A DNA stretch of 64,000 nt, taken from contig CAYXFD010000014.1 of assembly GCA_964464175.1 (NCBI GenBank), forward strand, positions 5,035-69,034, in the 5' to 3' direction. This document shows, piece after piece, positions 17,801-25,000 of this stretch. The notes under the pieces are model-generated. The model did no database searches, was not told the DNA's origin, and saw only the letters and a program-made list of their open reading frames with translations. Within the stretch, counting starts at the first letter, position 1; each line of letters opens with the position of its first letter. The DNA is from an uncultured Candidatus Cloacimonadota bacterium (lineage in GTDB: Bacteria; Cloacimonadota; Cloacimonadia; Cloacimonadales; JAJBBL01). Made by a program: the position numbers and the translations under genes.

Positions 17801-20612
17801 TGATAGTAGCCACAGGGGAAGAATTGAGCAGAATCTCAGAGTCAGAAGAGCCGGAAAAGGTCAGGTTAAGTCTGTCTAAACTGACAGTTGCTCCTTGCAT
17901 TATGTTAAAGTCTCCGGCAACATTCATCTCGATTGGATTCGCTATAATCACTGATCCTAATTCACCAACGCTTAGACTACCACCAAGGTTGGTTGTTGCT
18001 GTGTTTCCCAAAAAGGTAAGCAATCCGCTAACTGCGATATTTCCGGTTACATTGATGGTCGGTTCAGTTAGTGTGAGTGTATTGTTAGGGGTGATAATAA
18101 TAGAGCCGGCATTAATCGTGGTGTTTGTCAGGCTGCCGGCATATTGACTGAAGATTTTTAATCCTCCCCCTATGTTAAATGTCAATGGCTGATGATCACT
18201 ATAAATCCTTCCTGTAATAGTAAAATCGGTATTGATATTAGTCGTGCTGTTGTAAAAAGTAACGTCAGAGTTCTTCAAGATAGTTAAACTGTTGATGTCG
18301 ATAACAGTGCCTGAGGGTACTATTGGCATATTATTGCTAAGGGACGTAATGATAACATCGGTATTCTGTCCCGGAATAGTGTTCATAGCCCAGTTATCCG
18401 GATTGTTCCAGTCTTCATCAACACCGCCGATCCAGCTCCCTTCCGAGAAGTATGATATATCTAATGAAGCATGAGCAGACTCGTTACTCCAAACGACAAG
18501 AGCATAATGCCCGGCTTGAGATATATTTACAGTACTTTCAGCTAAACCGTCTTGCATGTTAGCAGAAAAGAGGTTATTACTCTTAGCTTTATAAGGGTCG
18601 TCATTTGAGCTGTACAATGCCATGCCCAGATTTTGATGACCTTCACTATGAATTCCTGCGAAATGATACTGCCCCGGACTCAGATAGACGCTATATATCT
18701 TCACTACTTCATTAGGTTGCATGACCAGAGTTGTTTTTTGGTTTTTTGTCAGATATTCATTCCCTACAGCTCTGGTAACATTAGCGGGGGCATTGTTTGT
18801 AATGTTTCTAATCTTAAAACCTCTTTCATGGGGAGAAACTAATGACTGGTCAAAAACGATGAAATTCGCTCCCTGCACTGCAAGAGATTTTTCAACAGTG
18901 CTGTTGAATGTTGGGCTGTTGTGCAATTCCAGATAAAACCTCGCTGCCGGATCAAATCCTCTGACCCCGATCACTTCCCAGACATTGGATTGATTGATGG
19001 TATTGCAGGCGATATAGTACTGTGGATTATTGTCCGTTTGCTGCGAATAGTTTATGTCTTCAACTGTTCCGCCGGGTCTAATTCGGAAATTTCCCTTAGA
19101 ACCGTCTCCACCGAGGATATCAGTTCCATCATAAGCCTGAACTGCTATTCTCCCCTGTTCTGTTGGTGTGCCGGGAATAATCCAGTCATACCAGTACTGA
19201 TCGGTTATCCCTTCTGCCAGAACTTCCCAGGTCGATAGAGAACCGCTTCCTCCGTCAGAGCTGTAGAATATTCTGAAGTCCTGATTAAGAGAAGATGCTT
19301 CCCAGAGTATTTCCCGTGCTTCTCCGCTGAACCATTCTTCTGCTCCATTTTCATCACCGTGCCAATCAGTAACCCCGTGTGGATGTAGAATTTTTAGATG
19401 AATACCATACCCATCACCGGGCAGTATTTTACTTACATCATCGAATTCACTGGAATGAAGATTCTCTATCCAGGGTCTATTAGGATCATGAACAGCTACG
19501 TAAGTGCTGTCGGCTGCATATCCCATTGCCGTTACAGAATGTCTCGGTATATTGCTGATAGTAGGTCTGTTTTCGTTGATACAACTGACCTGATAGTTAT
19601 AGTTAAATGATCCTCCGCCTGCATAGGTGCTGCCGGTATAGCCGTTCTGATTTAAGATATTGCAGATTCCCGGAGCGGTCATATTGGATTGTGTACCGCC
19701 GGTACTTTCGTTTGTTTCCATTACTATTGCTAATTCCTGAGTAAGATTAGGAACCCGGTGATCATGATGTTCCTCGACAGGATCCCATCTGAAAGCATGA
19801 TAATCGATAAGATTGGAGTATATTTGCGAGGAGTGTACGGCATTTACTGAGTTATAGTCATACCAACCTAATAGAATAGCCCCTGCTGTCGGCGAGCAAC
19901 CGTAAGACCATTGATAAAAGGGCATATATTCATGATTTGAGATATAGGTATAAGAACGTGAGACGGTTCTTCCATTGTTCAGGAATTCGTCCCACTCTCT
20001 ACTGAACTCGGACAGCTCGGAGGGTTCTTTTAGGCTTCTCAGGTCTTTTACAGTATCCCGGAATTGATCTTCGTCCATCAAGCCTGCCGGAGGCAGGATC
20101 TTTAGATAGAGCTTTTCCCCTTTTGCTAATACTTCATACCAAATATAAGCCTGATTAATGTAGATAATATTGCCAAAACTGTATTCAGATATTCCTTCCT
20201 GAGCGAGAATTCTCTCTCTCACCCGGTAAGTACTGTATTCGTGAGAAAGTCCTTTAGAATACTGTCTGATAACCGGCATATCCTTCCGGGCACTGACAAC
20301 CATGTTAGCAAATTCTTCGCCTACCCAATCAGCATGCCATAATCCTTCTGCCTCGTTGTTTATCCTTTCCAGTAAAATTTCACGGTCAGGAAACTGATTA
20401 TCAACAGAAAAGTTAAATCGCCAGCCTATCAGTTTACCATTTTCATCGTGATAGGGCAGAGGCTCATCACTATAGCAATCACCCCAAAGATGTTTCGCGT
20501 TGCGGAAAGCAATCTCAGTTGCCTCTGTCAAAGATATGGTTGTGTCATCACCAAAAAGGGTGGTTGCAACAACCAGCAACAATACCAGAAAATATAGAAT
20601 TCTCTTAATCAT
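8667..20612 (-). CDS. Giant secreted protein (3981 aa): signal peptide, prodomain, papain-fold C39/C10-like cysteine peptidase, Ig and PPC-like domains, long beta-helix, alternating choice-of-anchor-D/ASH Ig, MAM/cleaved-adhesin-like and FN3-like domains, conserved C-terminal domain
   Basis: AGGAGG SD; hydrophobic N-terminus; FYQWSYGCSPTAGA (C239), RHSVTAMGY (H358), VHDPN (D376); WIGGVDEDWNNPDNW motif opening the beta-helix; repeated DFG..V.....F.I.N.G.G Ig motifs and YFE.FE...W...WLxSP jelly-roll motifs. Confidence 0.88.
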   Translation of the reverse strand: MIKRILYFLVLLLVVATTLFGDDTTISLTEATEIAFRNAKHLWGDCYSDEPLPYHDENGKLIGWRFNFSVDNQFPDREILLERINNEAEGLWHADWVGEEFANMVVSARKDMPVIRQYSKGLSHEYSTYRVRERILAQEGISEYSFGNIIYINQAYIWYEVLAKGEKLYLKILPPAGLMDEDQFRDTVKDLRSLKEPSELSEFSREWDEFLNNGRTVSRSYTYISNHEYMPFYQWSYGCSPTAGAILLGWYDYNSVNAVHSSQIYSNLIDYHAFRWDPVEEHHDHRVPNLTQELAIVMETNESTGGTQSNMTAPGICNILNQNGYTGSTYAGGGSFNYNYQVSCINENRPTISNIPRHSVTAMGYAADSTYVAVHDPNRPWIENLHSSEFDDVSKILPGDGYGIHLKILHPHGVTDWHGDENGAEEWFSGEAREILWEASSLNQDFRIFYSSDGGSGSLSTWEVLAEGITDQYWYDWIIPGTPTEQGRIAVQAYDGTDILGGDGSKGNFRIRPGGTVEDINYSQQTDNNPQYYIACNTINQSNVWEVIGVRGFDPAARFYLELHNSPTFNSTVEKSLAVQGANFIVFDQSLVSPHERGFKIRNITNNAPANVTRAVGNEYLTKNQKTTLVMQPNEVVKIYSVYLSPGQYHFAGIHSEGHQNLGMALYSSNDDPYKAKSNNLFSANMQDGLAESTVNISQAGHYALVVWSNESAHASLDISYFSEGSWIGGVDEDWNNPDNWAMNTIPGQNTDVIITSLSNNMPIVPSGTVIDINSLTILKNSDVTFYNSTTNINTDFTITGRIYSDHQPLTFNIGGGLKIFSQYAGSLTNTTINAGSIIITPNNTLTLTEPTINVTGNIAVSGLLTFLGNTATTNLGGSLSVGELGSVIIANPIEMNVAGDFNIMQGATVSLDRLNLTFSGSSDSEILLNSSPVATIRKLTVNKSGSARAIYLSDSTSDLFLQQGLVVSAEGCFQNDYNGDITINTLYQVTGDIVFNSGELILKGISDSAFSISVGSRINNLALENSFITLASNILLHGNIEFRNQTVMFGHNRIIEIKGNWHNLSGLPTNFAGANSTVKFSGTGDQIIQDVSFDTLENSSSGNLIINDSEVECNIYKWTSGGIRVRNNGIFTAYDLEGNGVKGGYILESGTINLYQDSAQTINLEADFNISYGNLNIYGGNGDARIPFNRNCNLTMSGGNLNIIDNGITFEDNGYSLVNGISGGKIISYGNFRNERLNLYFAYGTIEIAGAENSSIFSANATAFNNLIINKGSASRVERDNNQDRSNPVVSLLSNIAIDNDLDIYSGILDISGKTVTIENDLLITGILRMNSANDLLKVMRDVKWLSGSSADVNNGQIDVYGDWYFNGGLASLQGNNLVVFKGTEPKAIHSITGSQKFGNVLIAKNNPVSPQINNTVSNENGFIDVNGDFTIADNNRLSLNNTSLWVEGIFSVSTNSIDFVLSEESSLSCSELAIYGNLLITGGGITIYDTLFQGASSTLTINSGFCDIQADYTGAYHSFAGETVINGGSLEITNGGMQFGTGSNLTINGGTVKVGWGIRAMQPGFQQNSGAIELIGPLSADIQMLAGNYLNDLIISKTGSGACYLSSDITINNLTINSGTFGVLNHTLNVNGNVNLTGGYLNGSNESSVINLKGSWINDTGANRFVEGNGIVNFNFDRNAQVSTESFNNVGVNKSTPDLVELTIMNDATMTVKGWLGITFGLMKLGDGSTLDVRGNLGIMDGGGLDITSSETLNTLRLSGNLYDGNDLFSYPTGFNAATNNRVILNGSTNQTLNSDYAAHFFFADLIVDKTGGSVKPFKDTIVTGDFKILNGDWSYGLSGRAKEFHGDFLVESNGSFNDDTGIVKLIDESDIDFYVKGNAQMGSLLIDKSEESIVDISGDVNLTGWTTLSLDSGLINLNGHTLAFEGSLTVGADAKFSLAGNSVLDLFDNSSLTIDSGGQFYSLGTPAEPVLITSSDGYYSFTANNNSLIGAEYTVFERMDLTGINIGNGSYVDTDHTFTGCTFRNGESGGTLFRFNATGEYNITGARFPENTWGSLYNVQRINPWNSVTFSNYSGMFAGEDYHDTGYYGTIHWDPVFPQFHIVPPFGHFGIVEPGSVSYEQIFLITNLGDGTIVLNPWDIEITGPDALEFYLDNITQTTYLDNSESAVISVTFLPGSIGQKTAALSINDNLSRSGNLNITEITPIAREAVTREIHEIPLSGLAVLTDYPYFENFEAGAAGWYSGADAGNDQWQLGSPDEFNSVINSAYSDFNAWMTYLDADYDHNADSWLISPPLSFSEVHLPMFSVWLNIWCEDSYDGMILESSVDWGNSWQKVTGDTGFYNNTGSSGSLSPPKWSGNSPGIDGVWREFSTSLDGLENEYIVYLRFRFVSNSTVSYDGIAIDDISIWDAATPEMTIYPLSYDFGMIEEGRITREVEFEITNTGYGVIELSPSDLEITGIDASQFDLYIPFTETLPIYSGESVFVWVSFAPTSIGLKEASLQINDNLNGARDLSVVRSNQPAYNNRTRDIHNVSLYGEGIERIVNLLLDEDFSDVALNTIPADWERDDTYWYVTNSSLAGGEAPEMRYEWSHQPSGEYYLYSPYLDTSDYVELELAFKHSCDHYSNSFTLKVLAIDRLDEYPVQEWENVSSSIIEEAVRLTLTDLEHGVGSDSLRIAWVFSGLPYDLNHWFIDDVKVVNYPPYPYIAHTPSPADNSENVSVHSKLAWIYSNTPTYSDPIGFRVRASTEPDMQGYAETYVVGGTGYHEISPFFEVTFGQTYYWQVIPTTDPPGRERTGNRSREDALNCPIWSFTYEEEPVRISQFPYFEDFENGHGNWSGDANSSMYLWELGTPAQAEINSAYSGTTCWMTILEYDYVNLSDVWLVSPVFDFSELDNPHLSVRMNFRTEEDQDYLILETSIDYGTSWYYVYVAEGFYNNDEGIGSFPLPMWSGTSDGWTLYSTALPSELANQEMIMFRFRFLSNSSITDEGFAIDDITIWQPLPPELVITPSSHDFGEIRVNSESTVQEFTLSNAGDGTITINPGNVMLMGDDYLDFTLSEITETIVLSGDTTANIGVTFAPDTAGPKSAYVEIFSSDIPLRESNISLEQSKRDRSASQRSLSTINLTGEALPRPAGSTWENPFVIESFPLTNYQDHTEHYGNDYSSTDILPNSMFIGGNDFVAQFEVFDEGWFSADITGTSMVGIFLMQNTPDPGSPAPLLAYAVNLASTAAIESFVLDPGFYYLIVSTSQGQQTTPFTLNVNFEPFPVIPEFSYNPDHLDFNAVHINQTSNIELITITNTGGGLLEVRPEDISLTGDHAAEFSHNFLETIYLGMSESFSFSVSFSPLSLGAKNAILRIEDPFGEEVRFSSNVTRNPRSDNTQRTSYDITLEGIGYDGTIIPPHTEAFTGSLFPPLEWKIYSGLLTENSELTPASSVWNHHPFANTGEVNNSAHIQIVGARNHWLVTPPIDLGSGNKRLEFDIALTPSAGSEQTDLGENDLIAVVISYDDGVTWSQNNILKSWEFPETISPAGETVSIDLESIAGTVKIGFYAERPFGLTPNNRFYVTNFSVSEIPENPVLEVSLNEMDFGVQNLYTESVIQEFIISNAGTGTLTIDPSQISLTGDNPDQFILDNLEETVHLILHDTAVIGVRFSPDSEGSKNASIVISEELSERISITPSASLHGNTEDIPVPRSDYQISLSGTGYDPTISVPFTVNLMPFPPTDWEKPFGVLTENSEFSPSSSADWVSASFANNPENDWGARIRLRVATSESVHRWFISPPIDMNDLEADYELVFDIAVTELNSEEPAQLGTQDFFAVVVSSDNGVTWSASNTIYSLSGLNGDPVAAGGEQVIVSLSGVEGTVKLGFYMERPSGIDPEINFHLSNIHTRETASVLATPIISSAYLENGVFYLNWNTVEGANSYKIYARSEPVTNESDPLQGWQLLMHQDSSVTTYSEAASNRRYYRVVASPLPVTR

Positions 20613-20693
20613 TAATCCTCCTGTGGACTAGTAATCGCTTTATTTTTTTTGAATGAATTTACATTAACTTCTCGGCTTTGGTTGAGGCTCTCT

Positions 20694-21092
20694 CTATTGT
20701 GAGATGTTGTTCCCGAATTCTGTTTTTTGGGTCTGTTCATCATTCTCCTGTTCTGGCTTAGGGGAGAATAGTGAGTTCAATTGATTCAAACGGTAGGGGT
20801 GTTTCAGAGAGGTAAAGACTCCATAACGGACATTATCTATCGTATTGCAAAGACCTGAATCGCTCACAATAACAACTCTTACAGCGGGATAGGTCTTGTT
20901 AATGTAACGGATAATGCTGAAATCATCAAGATTCGATAAACAATAAAGCACAGCCTCAATAGCTCCTCCGGCGAGTATCTGAAAAATTGCCTGCTTAGTT
21001 ACTGCTGCATAGACTTCACACTTATAGGTCTGGAAGTAGTCTCTCAATTCTGTTTCTTCAGACTGATTTGCTTTAGCAATGAGAATCTTCAT
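20694..21092 (-). CDS. Degenerate (Asp-less) response-regulator receiver domain protein, copy 1
   Basis: CheY-like pattern MKILIA...AVLY(C)...YPAVRVVIVS...G...LKHPY; acidic pocket and phospho-Asp absent; TAAGGA SD; near-identical duplicate at 32829-33227. Confidence 0.78.
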   Translation of the reverse strand: MKILIAKANQSEETELRDYFQTYKCEVYAAVTKQAIFQILAGGAIEAVLYCLSNLDDFSIIRYINKTYPAVRVVIVSDSGLCNTIDNVRYGVFTSLKHPYRLNQLNSLFSPKPEQENDEQTQKTEFGNNISQ

Positions 21093-21173
21093 CTTTTATC
21101 CTTACTATTTTTCTTTGGTATCTCTTATGCATTCTTATCTTCTAATGGTTACAGATATCTAATTTAGACAATA

Positions 21174-21190
21174 ACCAACATTTGTGCCAA
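21174..21190 (-). promoter_or_regulatory. Putative sigma-54 (-24/-12) promoter, module 1
   Basis: Minus strand reads TTGGCAC-AAATG-TTGGT versus consensus TGGCAC-N5-TTGCW (-12 imperfect); same position in copy 2; sigma-54 activator encoded in the locus. Confidence 0.68.
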
Positions 21191-21210
21191 TTGGTTATTG
21201 TGTTCTGAGG

Positions 21211-21220
21211 CAATAAGTTA
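21211..21220. promoter_or_regulatory. IHF-like site between promoter and enhancer, module 1
   Basis: CAA-TAAG-TTA matches the CAA-N4-TTR core of the IHF consensus; copy 2 has CAA-GAAG-TTA at the same 27-bp offset from the -24 box. Confidence 0.4.
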
Positions 21221-21254
21221 AGGATTTATCGATAGTTCAGGTATTTTTCCTCAT

Positions 21255-21359
21255 TATCCGGTTTCGGATAGTGGTACGGCAATATAGCAGCGTAAGTAGT
21301 AATGGAGTTGCAAGTTAAGGTTTTTATCCGAATTCGGATAACATATCCGATTTCGGATA
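21255..21359. promoter_or_regulatory. Three palindromic TATCCG-N4-CGGATA sites, putative bEBP enhancer (UAS), module 1
   Basis: Perfect inverted repeats at 21255-21270, 21325-21340 and 21344-21359, about 65-170 bp upstream of the -24 box. Confidence 0.78.
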
Positions 21360-21711
21360 GTGGGTTCAGGGGAAGTTCGACTCTATTTTCAGTTAGAGAT
21401 AGAAAACTATGCTAAAATATTCAGTAGCTTTTGATTATTGAGACCAAGCAAAGCAATTTCTACGATACTAAAACTTTCTCAAAGCCTGCACTTTTAGCAG
21501 GTAAAATTTTCGCTATTAAAAGAACAGAACCGACAGTAGTGAGTTCATGCTTATGCCTATGCAGCTCTTTTTTACTCAGTATCAAAACCGGGTTCATGAA
21601 GCTAAAGATAATCAGAGGAAGAGACATAAAACTATCCAAAAGATGTAAAGATTCAATATCTTTCTTCCGTTGAGTGTTTCGAAAGTTTATGAACAACTGA
21701 ATATGATATCT

Positions 21712-22098
21712 CGCAGAGGGAGAGGGGAGAGAAGTGAAGGAAAGCGGCTCTTTGTCACATTTAATCAGAGTTGGCATGAAAATGTATATATCAAGAAAAA
21801 ACCCCTTCTCCAGCTGGCAGAGAAGGGGTTTTCAGTTTGCTGTTTTGACCAGCTAAAAACAGTCCAATACAGCGTTATTTTATTAGATCATGTCTACCGG
21901 TTATCTGGTAACGGGTAAAGGTGAAGCTACTACCCGGTAATAACGACGGTTAGATGCTGCTTCGCTGTATGTTGTTAAGGAACTATCCTGCTGCATCAAC
22001 AATTGCCACCCATTCAGTGGGTCAGTTTCATTAGTTACCGGCTCAGACCTGGCATATATCTTGTAGGAGTTGGCACCTTCCACAGCATCCCAGCTTAA
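21712..22098. repeat. 3' arm of duplicated module, copy 2
   Basis: Homologous to 8481-8864. Confidence 0.92.
21796..21832 (-). terminator. Rho-independent terminator of giant gene 2
   Basis: Stem AAAACCCCTTCTC / GAGAAGGGGTTTT ending in a U-run on the minus strand. Confidence 0.85.
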
Positions 22099-25000
22099 AT
22101 AGACGGTACTCCCTGCTACACTGATAGTAACATTCTGAGGGGATTGAAGAGCTCCGGAAACTTGCGGAGTTGCTTCAACGGTGTTAGAATGTCCCGATTC
22201 TCCTTCTTCGTAAACTGCCGTAACGTAGTACTCGTAAGTAACGCCATTTACAACATTATTATCCGTATATTCCGTTCCTTCCACCGGTTCTTCGTTGATC
22301 TGTTCACTATTCCGGTAAACATTGTAACCCAGGAAAGAGATGCGGGAGCTTCTCTGTTGGAAATAGTCCTTATCTGAGTTCAAATTTATATCGTTTCCGT
22401 CCGGCCTTACAGGAGGGTTAATGTCATCCCAGCTCAGATCAACGGCTCCGTCCCTCGCTGTAGCTGCAAGGTTTTGAGGAACCGGTAAACTGAGAGTGGT
22501 AAAAGACATAACTTCACTCCAGGCTCTGCCTCTCGGATTGTCTGCAAAGGCAATGTAGTAAATGTCACTTCCCTGTTCCAGGTTTTCGGCTAAGGCGGAA
22601 AAACTCTCCCCGGGACTGCTGGAATTAACTAATAAACCAGAATTAGCCGGGTCAGGATCGGTGTCATAGTAGAAACCTTTTTCCAGGATGGGGAGATCTC
22701 CCGTTGAGGTTATTTGAGCATTTAATACTGCCTCAAAATAGTTAACCTCTGTAGCAGCATTTGTTATAACAGCAGGAGAGTCTCCACCCAGAATAATCCC
22801 ATCCAGATGCCAGCCGGTTATGTTATAGCTATTACCGTCGAAAACCCAGGCAAGTCGCAGATTGTCAGCTCCCACTCCATGTTCTGCTGTGGTCAAAAGA
22901 TAATCCAGTTCTTGAGCAGCGAGACTGGAATCCACATTCAACCATTCCTGAATCAGGTAGCTGTCAGTATCAACGATGGAATAGATCCGGAGATCGAATA
23001 CACCGTCAAGATGATCCACCTGCTGTTTGAACGTTAGATCGATCTGACTGAGACCGGAGGTATCGAAAAGAGGAGAGAGGAGAGTCACTTCACCGATGAT
23101 GTGAGGATCGAAACTGAAGAGCATTTCAGGGCTTTCAGAACCGGCTTGGCTGGTGCCGCTGACCCACCAGTTGAGATGACTGCTTTCCCAGCCTGCGGGG
23201 AGGCTTCCCTCATCTTCGATACTGAAGCCTTCATAGTAGGGAACATTTTCTGTTACAAGTTGATAGCCAAAACCGGTTATCCCAATGGAATGAATTTCGC
23301 GCTCAAATGACCTGCTGTGGTTTTTGATAAATAATTCCCGACCCGGTGCACTTCCCTCAACAATATTGATCACGGCTTCTTTTTGTCCGGTTTCATTGGG
23401 TCTGAATTTAGCTCCGATCGTTGTACTCTGACCGGAACTCAATTCAACAGGAGAACTTAGGTTGATCAGTTCAAATTCAGCCGGATGCCAGCCAGCGAGA
23501 GAAATATCATCCGGACTGAGATACAACAATCCTTCTCCCGTATTGGTTATCTCAAAATACTGAACAGGTGAACTCTCGTCCACTTCTACTCTCCCGAAGT
23601 CATGTGAGGAAGGATTGAGAGTAAGAATCGAATACTCACGTTCCCAAATCCGGATATCATCAATAGCAAATCCTTCTTCTGTGACCGATTCGTTAGAGGC
23701 AAAACGGAAACGGAGCCGTACCTGCGGTTGGTGTGCCAAAGATGAAAGAGAAGTGCTGAATTCTGTCCAGCCTCCGCTATTGCCAGACCATTTGGGTACG
23801 TTAAGCGGTCCCAGTAAAGAGGTATTGTTGTAAAATCCTGTATCGGCTTCCACATAGAACCAGTTGCTGCCGCCGTCTATTGTAGCTTCCAGGATCATAC
23901 CGTCATAATCAGGCTCAGTCTGATGATTTATCCGGACGGAAAACATCGGCTCATCCAAAGCTGTAAAATCAAAGAGTGGGGAACGGAGCCAGATATCAGC
24001 ACCGTTCATATAATTTCCCCCTAAGTTTGTCATCCAGGCATAATCTCCGCTATAGGCACTGTTGATAACCGTCTGAGACGGTTCTCCCTGCTGCCAGATA
24101 TTCATACCGGAGATCCTGCCCCCTTTCCAGCCGCCGTCACTCAGTTCGAAATCTTCGAAATAGGGAAAAATTTCAATAGCAGTTGCATCTGCCAGGAGGG
24201 TGAATGACCAGATAGGGCAGTTTTCCGCCGAACTGCGGATGGAAGCATTTTCTCGCAGCACATTATACTGCAAGGGGTGTGATAACTCCGGATTCTCGTC
24301 CCGAAGGAGACTGCGGGTGTGTTCTTCTCCGGAAGCTGATGGGATGACCTGCCAGTAATAGGTCTGACCATATTCAAGTGTGAAAAATGGAGGCATGGAA
24401 TGGGTTCCGGGACCACCCCAAAGTACATCTGATTGATAGGTCGCGAGGGTTGGATCTGTTCCGGCTCTGATCTGATAAACTACCGGATCGGTATAACCCT
24501 CCTGTGAAGTGTAAGTCCATTCCAAAAAAGTCTCCATAGGAACATCGATAGCTCCGTCTTCAGGTTGCGGAGAATGAGCTGTTGCGGGCGGAGCGATGGT
24601 GTTCCAGATGCGGAAATCGTCAATAGCGATTCCTTCATCTACATAAGCTTCACCGTAATCTCCGTCGGAAGTAAAACGAAAACAGAACCAAACCTGAGGT
24701 TCATTTGCTAAAAACGGTAAAGAAGTACTGTACTCTGTCCAGATACCGTCAACTTCTTCTGTTCTGCCGGACCAGTTAGGATGGCTGGGAGCCGGTAAGC
24801 TCATCCGGTTGTAGAATCCGTCATCTCCAATCACTTGCTGCCAACTGCTGTTATCGAGAGAGTATTCCAGGATCATTCCGTCGTAAGAGGCTTCACTCCA
24901 GATATTCAGCCAGACCGAGAGGTTGGGATCATCCAATTCGCTGAAATCGAAAACCGGAGATTTGAGCCAGGTATCAGCTTCATTTTCATAGTTTTGATCT

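Larger units (their letters stand above)
20766..21409. repeat. 5' arm of duplicated module, copy 1 (receiver gene plus upstream regulatory region)
   Basis: Colinear near-identity to 32901-33543. Confidence 0.93.

Noticed and set aside
21255-21359. Repeated palindromes as a CRISPR array, integron attC sites or iterons
   Set aside because: Only three 16-bp units with irregular spacing (70 and 18-19 bp); the intervening DNA is conserved between copies; no cas, integrase or rep gene; position fits a sigma-54 enhancer
21431-21918. ORFs 21431..21673, 21460..21777, 21670..21918 and the analogous 8363..8632 and 8371..8601
   Set aside because: They overlap terminators or repeat arms, lack an SD, and their frames are not preserved between the duplicated copies
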